From positions 1-64,000 of the forward strand of contig NMRA01000116.1 in the NCBI GenBank assembly GCA_002633005.1: a DNA stretch of 64,000 nucleotides, written 5' to 3'. Numbering within the stretch: position 1 is the stretch's first letter; each line of letters opens with the position of its first letter. The notes below the pieces were generated by a model that saw only the letters and a list, made by a program, of their open reading frames with translations, made no database searches and was not told the origin of the DNA. The stretch comes from Phoronis australis. Its lineage: Eukaryota > Animalia > Phoronida. Below are positions 52,353 through 64,000 of this stretch, in pieces. The position numbers and the translations under genes are program-made.

Positions 52353-53683
52353 ATGCTACGATTGAAGTTGTAACCAGAAATACATTACCACGCTAACGTT
52401 TGGAATATTTTTAATCTATCTGAAACCAGCAAAAAAGTTGTTTTTATTCAAATATAACAAGTTTCAGGTGGCAGTCGTGCCAAAAAGTCCTCGTTTTCTT
52501 CTTTACTTCCACTGGCGACAGAAAACGTGGGAATACCGGTACTGTACGGTTACACCAGCATATGTAATTACCAAATGGCGATAGAAAATTGCTGTTTGCA
52601 GAGTAACAGATTACGCCAACGAAAAGATTCTGTTACCCTCATAATAATAGTGTTTTGTGAATACAACTTCGAAGGCAACACCCTGTCCTCAAGCGACGAC
52701 CACTCCTGAGATAATATGACCCTGCATCCCTTCACTCGTCATAGTGAAGTCAACCGCTTAGCTGTCACCATGCGAATTTTAACAGCGTCAGTGCGATTAC
52801 AAGTCGTCGTGCGCACCCAACTGAGATATCCCAGAACCCAAGTGCCGCACTACTACGTTTGCGTACCCGTATTTGTACTTGGTTGATCAGGGGCTTATTA
52901 CACTGCCTTGGCCGACTACCATTTTTACGCCATCCCCAATCGTCACCCGCACTCTAGCTCCTCTAGCCTCCGATAGTTCCCCCTTATTTCTAAGCCAATG
53001 TCGTATTTTTAAATTGGATACTTATCAATAGCTCCCCAATTTGTTGTTTGCCCAAGTTTACATTAAACTTTCCCTAAATAATTACCCTCCCCCGAGCCTA
53101 GTGCCTGTGAACGCTTATGTTTCGGTGCAATTGTTACGGGTACGGAGTGTTGTGAATTTTGAATCTTGGAATCTGTTTTCATTCACAAAAATTCCATTTC
53201 CCATCGTTTTTTTAGTCCCAACATCGCAACGGACGAATGTGCGGTTTCCTGGACATAACTTTGGTAGCCTATCACTTTGCGTTGCTCTTTGGAAAAACGG
53301 AGCCACTCTACATAGTGCCATGTATATATGGCAAACCTTAGTTTCAGTAACCCCGCCACGCCTGTCTGCAATTTTGGAACTGGCTAAACAATGAGGTCGG
53401 GAATTTTTTTTCGAAATTGCTAAGATCCTTTTCATGAACTTGGCGTGACTGAACGAAGTCCAACAACTTGACTGCAGATGCCGCTTATGATGGGATCGGA
53501 TGTGATATGTCCTTGCACGGGTTCAAGCGCGACTCACAGGGACACCATCGGCGTGAAAATGATTTTCCGAAATCACTGAGCCTAATCCGCGCGGGACCTG
53601 GTCGCGCCACTGCAACTAAGAGGGTTAATTAATTGCTGTACTGACCGTAGAGAGGGCAGCAATGGCCATAGAGCGACATATTA

Positions 53684-54682
53684 CAGTGGCGGATCTAGGA
53701 TATCACAAGGGGGGGCCCAACATTTTGTCCGGCTGTAAGCATTTGCGCAAACTGAACCACGATTGTAGATGCACGTCATAGCACCGAATGGGGGGAGGTC
53801 GGGAGGGGGGTTTGCCCCAGGACATTTTTCTGTTTTTACTTCTACTAAATCAAGCATTTTCCTCGATTCCTGAAGTATTATCCAAGAAAAAAGGAAAAAA
53901 ACACAGAGAACGTGTCAAACAGGAAAAACAGAAATTACCAAAGACACGAACTCACGACCTCGCGGATAGAGCGCGCGTGCATTACCACTACACCAACACG
54001 ATTTAACTACTAATGTCCTACTAAAAGACCTACCTGTTTATGGTCCACAGTGTTTGCGCGCGAAACCTACTTCTTTTCGTAATGCTTAATACACGTTTTA
54101 TATTTTGTGCCACGAATTCTTAACAAATTTGTCGTATTTAAAATAGTCTTCAAATGCCCAAAAGACCAAATCCGTTTTTTGTGTTGGCAATAATGACGGG
54201 ATTGCTTTGGAAATCGTCTTAAGATAAGGTTTGACAAAGAGAGTATTGCGAGTTTCTGAGTGATTCATTAAGGCTTCGATTAAAATTCACATCTTACCAG
54301 CAGCTTCTGTTTTCTCATCGTCACTCAGGTTCCATTCTCTTTAAAAAATGAAGTAAATTTTCTTCATTGCACAGTGGAGCAGACGACGAAAACGGAGTCG
54401 TAGTGCGCAGCGCCACTGCCGGTCGCCTGGGATATCGCGGGAGAGCCTATATTTAGCCATAGTTCCGTTACAAATGCGCCGTGTTCCGAATTTGACACTT
54501 GAAATTGGGGTTTGAGCCCCCCCAAACACTAAAACTGCACACATTTTAATCTTTTTTCATCCGTATAATTTTAATTACCGGAGTTAATTAATAAACTCAC
54601 CATTTCCCTACGCTCTTACTGTTTTATTTTTTTTGGCGGCAGCCAAGGGGGGGGCGGCGGGCCCCCCCTAAATCCGCCTATG
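53684..54682. mobile_element. ~1-kb non-autonomous DNA transposon (CAGTGGCGGAT-type)
   Basis: Imperfect terminal repeats cagtggcggatctagg / cctaaatccgcctatg with G/C-run subtermini; TTA on both flanks. Confidence 0.65.
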
Positions 54683-55621
54683 TTATTGCCAGGGATTATC
54701 ATTTTTTTATTTTACTTATCTGTATTCACTATATTTACTTGTAATTGTATTAGTCATAATAAACGACCTTATATCGACTACCTCGGTCTCTTTTTCATCT
54801 GTGGTAACGAGCTTGGGACTCACGTATCATTTATATCTTATTCGGGACATGTGTTGATCATAAAGACGAGAACCGGAGCTAAGCGAGATAATTCGTTATG
54901 ACGCCGGCATAAAAAGAAGCTCAAATGTAACTAGCAAGTCGTAAAAGACGCCGCAAATAGTGCGGTATTTCGTGATGTCAGTGACGATTACTTTTAAAGG
55001 ATGAATTCCATCATATAGTGACTAAATCGGCAATTTCGGACTTTGCCCTGCGTAGCGTGGCTCGTCATACTTTGCATATGCAACCGATACCTTGCCGGGC
55101 TGGCAGACGCTATTTTTAGTTTTCCTTTTGGTCAACGAGGGCAGCTCTCAAAATGAGTTGGGGTACAGACCAGAAGCAATGCTTCTTCGGGCCCAACATG
55201 TCCATATCTTTTTGCGTTTTTGACCCTACCCATTTCACGTTCGGGTTTGCAGACAATATTGAGGCGATGGACTTACTCTACATGACTGAGACCGTGACGT
55301 CTGTTTTCAAATCTTGCCAAGGGGTTCATGCTGTTGCTGGAAAATACAGCTGACTTAGGCAAACACAAAATTGTAAATATTTAGTGGCGAACGCTTTACG
55401 AAAGGATTTAATATACATTGTATGACTAACACAAAACTTGGGACTCACTATTTTGAACTTGAAATGACGCTTGAATTATAACGGATCACTTGTCAGCGTT
55501 CGTTCCCTTAAACGCTCACTGAATGCAGTACCGTTGACAACATCGCTCTGGTAGACGAAGTTTGAGTATGTGGCGAATGAAAAGAAATTAACATTTCCAG
55601 TTTAACTGCATGGCATGACAG

Positions 55622-55627
55622 TTTATT
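55622..55627 (-). terminator. Candidate poly(A) signal of the PARP gene
   Basis: AATAAA on the - strand about 2 kb past the stop; one of several candidates. Confidence 0.3.
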
Positions 55628-56758
55628 TACTTAATAAACACGCAATACGCAGAAAGTACAGCACTCATGTTAGCGGCCAAATACAGGTATCAAAATAACT
55701 AAGTAAAAGTATACATTTTATGAAAGTAAAAAGCCTGTAGAATGTATTGATAGTGACATTTTACCCCCTGCAGTCAAGTTGGGACGCGTGACCATGTCTC
55801 TACAGTAAAAGTCAGCCCCACAAGACACCGATAACAACAGCTATATCATGGCAAAATTTCATTTGTACCAGATCATATCTCAAAAACGCTGTTTCAGTTT
55901 TCAAGAACATTTCTTTTTCATTTTATGCAATCTTTTCATAAAGGTATTGTTTTTGATTGCCCTCATACAAAACTTGATTACTAACATTGTATTTGAGTAC
56001 ATTGCATATATCTGAAACTTCCACACCAATCAGCAGACATTTCCGAGATATAAAAGGTTCGGAAGTTAGCCAAATTTGGACATTAATTAGTTAAGGTCCT
56101 TGACCACCTAAAACATTCGACATGTGAAAATTTCTTAATGCTTCACACAACAAACAAATTACCCGTCTAGAATATAGTGCTCTCAATACAACATAGTTGG
56201 GTTGAACGGATACAAGAACAACTATAATGTACTCACACTCTACTTTATAGTGCATCTGCAGGCGCTTCTCTGCGTGAACTTAGAATCTTGCTTAATCAAG
56301 ACGCGGATGCGTGAATTTGGAATACATGAGGAAGCATGACAAGTTCACTCAAATAATCTCGTTGGCATTGATAAAAACTTGCACTGCACTAAATCAAATT
56401 ACATGTTAATAAAATAACCTAAATTTTAACCCATCTTTTTCAACTATTACCAATATCATTCACCAAACAATAAATAATTTCACCATTCACACATTCCTCG
56501 ATTCTTTGACACACGTTATCCTAAATGAGAAAATGTGTGATCACGAGGCCAATAATAACACAAAATCTTTACACTGAACAAAAATTTCACCTGATTGCCC
56601 AAATGAATATTCTATTTCAAGTTCATGCACATGCGATCTTGAGATTAAACAGGAGATTCCATTAGTTCACGCACAGCAGGTGCTCATAACTAACACAATT
56701 ATTATACGAATGGCCGATTGATGGCATATGAATTACGAAGAATTTAGTATTCAAGACT

Positions 56759-56784
56759 CTACAAGGGGTTTAAACCCCTTGTAG
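56759..56784. repeat. 26-bp perfect palindrome
   Basis: ctacaaggggttt|aaaccccttgtag. Confidence 0.85.
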
Positions 56785-57120
56785 GATTTTGTGAAATTTG
56801 GCAAGTGTATTCCAGCGCGACAAACGATGGCGTTGACTGTCTGACGATTCTGACTACCAGTTTGCTCCCTTGAGTTCATTTTTTAACATTTTTCTCTTTA
56901 TCATCAGAGCTCTTTGATGGACTTTCTTTCCAATTTGGCAAATAGATTTCCATTGAGGACACAATGATACCAATTCTCATATTCAGACACATTCAACATA
57001 TCGTATTTTAAATCATCTAGACACCAGTTTCATTTTTATTGTTGGCGTCCCACTCTCCATCAGTCAAACTGGTAGAAAGGCCATTATTATGGAAATTGGG
57101 CATCCTGTGACCTACTGCCG

Positions 57121-57184
57121 GAGATTACAGACATCGTGTGCCCTACTGAGATCACAGGCATCGTGTGCCCTACTGAGATCACAG
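57121..57184. repeat. 27-bp tandem duplication, ~2.4 copies
   Basis: Unit gagatyacagrcatcgtgtgccctact. Confidence 0.85.
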
Positions 57185-57377
57185 CTGACAAGCCATGATG
57201 CAGTATTTTGGCAACCCAAGATGGCAAATTATTTTTGTGCCTGTGGTTCAGTATATACCAAGTTCATTGGACCTATAATGAGTAAAGTACTGTGATTGAT
57301 GTTCATGAAATTTAGCAAATAAGTCACTATCATGAGGACACCAACGCCTGCCTTCGTTCAGGCGGATTTGACCTAGC

Positions 57378-57392
57378 TGCGCCCCCTAGTGG
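57378..57392 (-). promoter_or_regulatory. CTCF-like motif
   Basis: The - strand reads CCACTAGGGGGCGCA, a full match to the consensus core; motif match only. Confidence 0.35.
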
Positions 57393-57646
57393 TCTTTTGG
57401 TTACTTTTGCGACATGTTTTCACCGGCTATCTCCCTATCCATGAAACTAAGGTGCAGGTTGTGTTCCTATATGCTCAGCGTACTCTAGAGGACGTTCTTT
57501 TGTTTCTTAAGTGCTGCTCCCTCTAATGAAAATGGCTAAAATAATGATCATCTCTTGTATCTGTATACTACAAAGCACATGGTGGGGGCATATCAATGCT
57601 CTGTGTTGTTCTAAATGTTAAATATTTAGAGAGCAAAAGACAAAGA

Positions 57647-58179
57647 TCATTCTTCTTTTTCTATAAAAGGCAGTTTACCATTACTATAGTAGTCGTAGGG
57701 TGTGCTTGTGTATCTTATAACATACTCCGGGTAATATTGCCTATTTTCGAATATCACAAAAATATAGGGATCTACCATTTGATTGACAACACTGTCGTAC
57801 AGCAAGGAACCTTTCTCAGAACCAACGGGTGGCGGTCTCTTCATACCCCGCTCACCCTTTGTGAACTTACCCACGACCACACTACACACAAACATGTCAA
57901 ACTGTTTGTTACTCTCTATACCAGGTCGAGGTGGTGGAATGCAAGATGTGTCCACCTTCTTTGTGTCTGTATAATGAAAACTAGGACATCCATCTGGCAG
58001 GACACTGGGCGGTACTTGCGAAGAACCAAGACCAGGCTCGACATCAACTTGAGGAAAAGGCCAGCCAAAATAGTATTGAGTGACGGAGACCCCGGTACGT
58101 CCGAGTAGCTGCTTGGCTCCAGAGTCAGCCGCAATAACATTTGCCTCAGGAGGAGTTGGGGTACATCTTACCTCAGAAG
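57647..58179 (-). CDS. PARP11/12/TIPARP-like mono-ADP-ribosyltransferase, last exon
   Basis: MFVCSVVVGKFTKG...RPPP...LYDSVVNQMVDPYIFVIFENRQYYPEYVIRY; the frame is open up to acceptor ttttcag|58179 (phase 1); an alternative in-frame acceptor starts the exon at 57966. Confidence 0.9.
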
Positions 58180-59786
58180 CTGAAAAGTAGAGGAATGGAA
58201 GTCAGCTATTAGCTTAGATTGAATACCCGGCCTCATGCTATTAAGCTTACAGAATTCATGTGACAATAATGGTGTCCTAATTTATGCTCAATAAGTAAAG
58301 GAAATCAGTAATTGAATTAGAAAACACATAAATGTCTTTATACAGCAGGTGATATACATCCGTCTGTACATCCACACAAATGTGCAGAAACAATGGTAAC
58401 AATGTCTATATCAGACATCGGTACCAACCAATTGTACGTAAACAACATCATTTCAACCGTATTCGAGCATATTTTGTGTGCAGAAAAGTCAGACATTAGA
58501 AAGATGTTTATGATCGACATATGTCCCGAATAAAGATAAATGATACGTGCATCGCAAGCTCGTTACCAGAGATGGAAAGGAGACAGAGGTAGGCGATATA
58601 AGGTCATTTATTATGACTATTACAATTACAATAACGTATAATAGGTAATCTATGGTAAGATGGGTAATAAAAAGCGCCGGCCACGTGGAAGTACGAGAGA
58701 CTGACGAAAACTGGGAGGAAGAGGGTGGGAAAATTGAACTTAGTTATGATGTACGACAATGTGGCCGGAACAAGGTGAACTGAAAGAGAGGTTACAATAA
58801 CAAAGAAAAACGCCCCTAAAGACATGTGACAATCGTCAGCCTATAAGAGCCAAGAGCTGACCAAACTCGAGGCACGTGATAACAGCAGACCGCACTGCGA
58901 AGGCTGGGAGGCGACGTGTAGTCCTGCACAAAGGAATAATGGAATAGACCGAGATGATGGGGAAAAGGAGTAAGACGAGTCCATATGCTCACATAAATAT
59001 ATTTAACGAGTGAAATACCATTTACTTTAAGGTCATTATAAACCAGAATCGTTGAATATATGAAATGCTGTAAAGAAAGCACTAACAAGCCAGGAGTAAC
59101 ACAACACAAGTGGTCAAAGCAACATGACACCTGGACAGGTTAGACCAGCAAAAAGATCAAGAAAGCCATGTATATGAAACTTGCTAGTCAATGCCCTCAG
59201 TCAGCAACCAGGATGAGACTCCTAGTAGCCCTTCTTATGGAATTAAGACATATGAGTATATAAAAGTATAAGAATATAAAAAAATTCTTCAAGAAGAGTA
59301 GTAAAAAAATTAGCGAAATTTTGCACCAATTTTTTTGACTAATTGTGAAAATAATTTACGGTTACTTTCATCTACTTTTTGGAAATCTACTGAAATTAAA
59401 CTTCCTCAATGGTCTAATGATTGTGTGCTGGAATGACAACTGACCAAGGTCAATGGTTCAAACCTATCCTTACCGGAAGAAAAACGAAAAAATCCGAAAA
59501 AATGCTGATCGTTGACCACAATGAGTATACCAGATACTTGAGCTCGACCTTCTATGAATGCCTGTAACACCTGAATAGGGCTGCACAAATTATCAACGAA
59601 ACAAAATGTATGTCATGCCAATCAATCCATGTAAACATACTAGAGGTTAAAAAATAGATCAACAAATTTCTGAAGTTGACCAAACTTACGCTAAGCAACC
59701 TCCTGATAATGTTGACCTTGTGTCTGCAAAATATAACCAAGTATGTTTGTATTGAGATACTGCGGTGGTGTTTTAAGTACACGAAC

Positions 59787-59852
59787 CTTGGAGTTTACTG
59801 TTCTTTGAGCTATAGCTGTGAGAGTAACACGCATAACTGGCAAAGTAGGTTC
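59787..59852 (-). CDS. PARP-like exon carrying the catalytic Tyr
   Basis: attttcag|GA...: (G)TYFASYACYSHSYSSKNSKLQ; donor G|gttcgt; phase 1 to 1. Confidence 0.88.
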
Positions 59853-60939
59853 CTGAAAATATTATAGAACACATTAGCGGAGTCGCAAAGTCTTGGTCCT
59901 ACTAAAGTATGGCATACTGTCCAGTGAAATATACTTTTACAGATCAGTTTTGCCCACAAGCAGGGCTTGACAAAAAAGAGGAAATTTTTACAGCCCTAAA
60001 TACACATTTCAATCTAAACCATACCTCAACAGATCGAAAGTAAATATTAGTATCACAAGATCATGTTACTGTGTCGTGTTGGCAAAACGCACTCATCTTA
60101 AGCAGTACCTGACATCTATTTCAGCAACAACAATGATGGCAATTAGATGCAACAAAAGATATTTTTTAAAATAAAAATAATAAAGATAATGATGAAAAAA
60201 TTGAAATGTGAGTGGCAGGAGCTTATTCTTGATTTGCTGCAGGGAGACCTACAAAATTATAATTACGATACAAAATTACAAAAAATTGAAAATCGATCCA
60301 TAGATTATCTAGAAAGCCTGAAATACATACACATTTAATTCCAACAAACAATTTAATTTCAACGCAAATGGAAAAAAGTCAAAACGAAAACCTGTGGCTC
60401 ATACCCCAACTGTTAGCATGGAAAAATGAAAGTCAAAAATAACATACTTTAAACTATAGAATGCATTAATCACAATCCTAAGTTGGCCAAACTTTTCAGT
60501 TTCAAACAGTACTTACAGGAGATAATTGTTCATACGCCACGCTGGTGTAGAAGAAACTATATGACAAGAAATAACTACCAAGACACTGAAAATAGGCTGG
60601 CAGAATTTGTAAACAATGGCTTAGACCAATAAGATCATTCAGAATCTGTCACGTGATCACTCAAGTCACAAAATAGAACATGAAAAATGTCAAAATAAAT
60701 TGAAATCGGACGTCTGGCACATGCTACATTTTTCAGTGTTACGGCATTCAAGCACAGCCTATGAGGTTTTGACTATGGCCACCTACCATCCCGTAAACCT
60801 ACCAGGCTTAGCCTATAATGGTATTCATGGCATTTCAAGTGTATAATCCGCTATCATTGGGTCACAATGCATGCTTGAAATATTTTATCAATTTGTAACC
60901 TCGAAGAAGCATCTCAATTGTGGCACAGCCATCTGTTAC

Positions 60940-61094
60940 CTTGTCCATACACAGTTTCATTGGCACTTCCAGATAGTCGGAAATCCAGGTTCTGTTCACA
61001 TATGATGTCGGTCAGATCGGGGTTGGTGCCATGAAAGAGTTTTATCTCATTCAATGACTGTTTACCATTCTTCTGTAGCACTGCATTTCTGTGA
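60940..61094 (-). CDS. PARP-like exon carrying the catalytic His
   Basis: HRNAVLQKNGKQSLNEIKLFHGTNPDLTDIICEQNLDFRLSGSANETVYGQ; phase 2 to 1. Confidence 0.93.
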
Positions 61095-61179
61095 CTGTGA
61101 ATAGACAATCGAACATGTAACACAGTCACCTTGCTGTAAAAAATCAAGCAGCACATGCATAACAGACTATTTCCAAAGG

Positions 61180-61206
61180 ACAACAACAACAACAACAACA
61201 ACAACA
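61180..61206. repeat. (CAA)n microsatellite
   Basis: About 9 caa units. Confidence 0.9.
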
Positions 61207-61484
61207 CAGTTTCGGAGAATAAAGATATTAGAATCATCTTTCAAAAGGCAAATTTTCTGCTTTATTTAGTTTAAACCATAACTGCATCAAACAAATTTCA
61301 ATGGAATTCAATTCAAGTCAAACATATTTCAAAATGACCTTCTTTCAACATTGATAGAAAATCAGCTTTTCAATGAACTCTGTAGGTCCATCAACTACAC
61401 AGGTTTGTATGAAGTCACAACCCTTGTAAAACTGTATGGCTACATCTAAACAAGAATCAAATTCATAACTCCTCACATACGTAC

Positions 61485-61621
61485 TCAGCATAAAGTCTCC
61501 ACAACTCGGGGTTCTCGACACGCTCAATGGATACGATGGTGGCACTCATAGTACGGTAGAACATGGTGGCAACTTTCTTGTATTCTGGGGAATCACCATC
61601 TAATGTGATTCTTATGAACCC
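61485..61621 (-). CDS. PARP-like exon, start of the catalytic domain
   Basis: GFIRITLDGDSPEYKKVATMFYRTMSATIVSIERVENPELWRLYA (EY..V..F, I..IER..N..LW..Y motifs); phase 0 to 2. Upstream exons not identified. Confidence 0.93.
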
Positions 61622-61701
61622 CTAGCAAAAACCCAAAATTAAAAACAGTTAATAAGCTCATTTCTATTTTTGAATCAATGATGAACAACACAGTTACTAG
61701 A

Positions 61702-61861
61702 TATCGTAAACGTTCGGGTTAACGCCCATGTTCAGTTAACCACCCACCCACGATTTCTGGAAATTTCACGTTTAAGCGCCCATGTCTGGTTAACCGCCCA
61801 CCCCCGATTTTTTGGTTTGCTAATTTAACCGCCCAGGGCGTTAACCCGAAAGTTTACGGTA
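61702..61861. mobile_element. pogo/Tigger-like MITE
   Basis: Terminal repeats tatcgtaaacgttcgggttaacgccc / gggcgttaacccgaaagtttacggta, TA-flanked; internal ttaaccgcccaccc repeats. Confidence 0.8.
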
Positions 61862-62683
61862 AGCATTTGCCACGTGGAAATTAAATTCTCCCTCACTAAC
61901 TCAGGATGCAAATCAACATAAGTCAGGGGCCAGGAACTAATCTTTGTATACACAATTGATCCCAAAATTATTTTTGAAATTTTCCATTCGACATTGAGAT
62001 TAGTGCAAGTCTACACTTGATGACCTCCAGCAACAAACTCAAATAAAAACTTGAAATTTCAAGTTTAGACTCGAAATTTCATCAGTAATGCAGTGGCCAT
62101 CAAGTGCAAACTAGGATTAACCAGTTATCCGTGAGCCATTATGTATTCGAGCATACAATAATAGATATTCATTGGCACAGTAACAGAATTATAAAATGCC
62201 AAAAGTTTAATTTTGATCATAAACATTAAACCTCGGGCCCAAGAATTTTTGGTCTTACAGTTTCAGCCAGTTGTGCACAGAACAACAACTGCTTAGTACC
62301 ATCACATGTCACCTTGCTATTGTCGAACCAATTACGCTTGATGTCACGCTTATACACAAAAAGTTTTGAAGTTCATACAACCAAGTCCACATGAATATCT
62401 TTACAGTACTTTATTTCCAACATAGCTGAAAATTATCACTTACCAGTAATTACAATTCCCCAAAATTTCAAAATGCAAATAATTTGCTTTAAAAATTAAC
62501 TTTCACTGCATGGTGTGATGTAGCTAATGTGACCTTGCTCAAGGTCACCAAATGATGCTAGTGCCTGGAAGTGCCTGACCCACACCTTGGTACACTGAAG
62601 AAAATCTAAAGTTTTCATCTGAAATAGTGTGCCAATATCATACCATGAATGATACGCTTACAAGGAAGTCATGCATTTCTATA

Positions 62684-63193
62684 GGGCCTTTCATACAAAT
62701 GTCGTCGTGTCGATGGTTTGGGGAGTTGCAGTCAGTATGAACCCTTAACTCCAGTCCTGGATCGCAGTTAACAGCTTCCGAAGTTAACATCGCAGTTAAC
62801 AGGTGGATTTAATAGTGCAGCGTTGACGCTGCGGTGCAGTATGAACGCTTAACTTTGGTCCAATCGAAGTTATTGCCAGGTGCCACTGTTATCGTCAACA
62901 GTTACAGGGTAGTGTAGTCACTAATAGCTGCTTATATTTTGCTCTAATAATCACCAATCGATTTAAAAATAAATTTAATGCCATTTAGGACATGTAAATT
63001 TTCCCAAATTGTAACATTGAAAAAAATCTTAGCATGCAGCGCTACCTTGCGATAGCTTCGAAGACAACAGCGTCACCAACCGTTTATTTCGATATTCATT
63101 TTAACTGCCGAAGCCAGTATGAACGGTCCAGTTAACAGCGCTGTTTAGGTCGACGCTCTGCTCAGACCGGAGTTAAGTCAATATGAAAGGGCC
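62684..63193 (-). mobile_element. PIF/Harbinger-like MITE, copy B (inverted relative to 11881-12394)
   Basis: gggcctttcatac ... atatgaaagggcc followed by TTA; colinear with the reverse complement of copy A over its whole length. Confidence 0.8.
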
Positions 63194-64000
63194 TTAAAGA
63201 TATGTGGGAATTTTCACCGCTCGTCCTGAACGGCTTTTACCAGGATCAAAGAGAGCGCGGCACCAAAGTCGGACACAGTTGTGAGGACCACATCGTCCAG
63301 TGCGAGCAAGACACAATTAAGAGTAATTACCAGACTATAAACTGTAGTAATCATCTCTGGCTGTAAATACTGGCAAATTCTCAAATGTATTAACCGAACA
63401 CCACGGCAGTATTCAGCTGGAAAAAAAACAACCAAGTACAGTTTTCGATTTTTAAAAATTGATGAATTAAAAAGCCAAAAACTACAAACAATGCGTACGA
63501 TTGAAGATAACCGACCGTGTGCACTGATATCCTTTCTGTCTCGTTTAACCAGAATTTTCACAAGGAAACAGTTGTACTTAACTTGTGCCCACTCTTCATT
63601 TTTTTGACTCGGCTGACAATGAAAAATCTAGAATAGTTATGCAGTCAGAGCAACTGAAATTGTCCAGAGATTAAAAATCTTCAGTTTGACTACCACCATA
63701 TTTGCACTTATGTATATATTTTATGATTTGAGTTCTAATAAAGATTAAACTTGAACTAATGACACGTGTAGTTTTGTTTGCTAAGAAACGTTTAGTACGG
63801 TAATCTGGAAAATTCAGGGATGGGTTCACAATTAACTAAATTAATTTAATTAAGTTTAGATGGCAATCAAAATCTACCACTGTTTTGGCACTTCAAGTTA
63901 AAAATAAAATAAAACGATATCAACCCTTTCCCGGAATGAAAAAAACAAGTAGACCAGAATATTACAAATGAAATAACGAAAACTGGTATGAAGCATATTT

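Noticed and set aside
53080-53630. piggyBac-like element (right end AGGG-TTAA)
   Set aside because: No matching left terminal repeat or TTAA could be identified.
57596-58108. 170-aa plus-strand ORF
   Set aside because: Antisense shadow of the PARP last exon.
58172-58179. 8-nt microexon CTTCTGAG followed by gtaaga in the PARP gene
   Set aside because: It ends in phase 0, which is incompatible with the phase-1 acceptor at 57966 and would frameshift the catalytic domain.
63214-63360. Upstream PARP exon
   Set aside because: The open frame ends in phase 2 while the next exon needs phase 0; no WWE or CCCH similarity.

Overview
Eukaryotic, intron-rich, AT-rich animal DNA (probably an invertebrate; the taxon cannot be fixed from this window). 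It holds two convergent genes. (1) A complete prominin (PROM1/CD133-family) pentaspan membrane glycoprotein gene on the + strand. I reconstructed 24 coding exons by hand (ATG 8785 to TAA 47103 or TAG 49433); every junction is GT-AG and phase-compatible. It predicts about 859 aa (short tail) or about 943 aa (long tail). A probable non-coding first exon ends at 2055. (2) The 3' four exons of a PARP11/PARP12/TIPARP-like mono-ADP-ribosyltransferase (H-Y-I triad) on the - strand (61621 to 57647); its 5' exons were not found in the window. The rest is intron and intergenic DNA with many MITEs, short palindromic insertions, minisatellites and a (CTG)59 tract. The best leads are: a modular, all-phase-2 prominin C-tail carrying repeated N-[KQR]-[IV]-x(1-2)-P ciliary-targeting-like motifs; two in-frame acceptors that could toggle a 71-aa insert inside the PARP catalytic domain; the intronic CUG repeat upstream of the TM5 exon; a duplicated splice donor that leads to a premature stop; and very small hairpin insertions with clean target-site duplications (TSDs). 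I see no evidence for a wholly new multi-gene system. Most ORF-track entries are intronic noise. All family calls come from motif recognition, not database searches.
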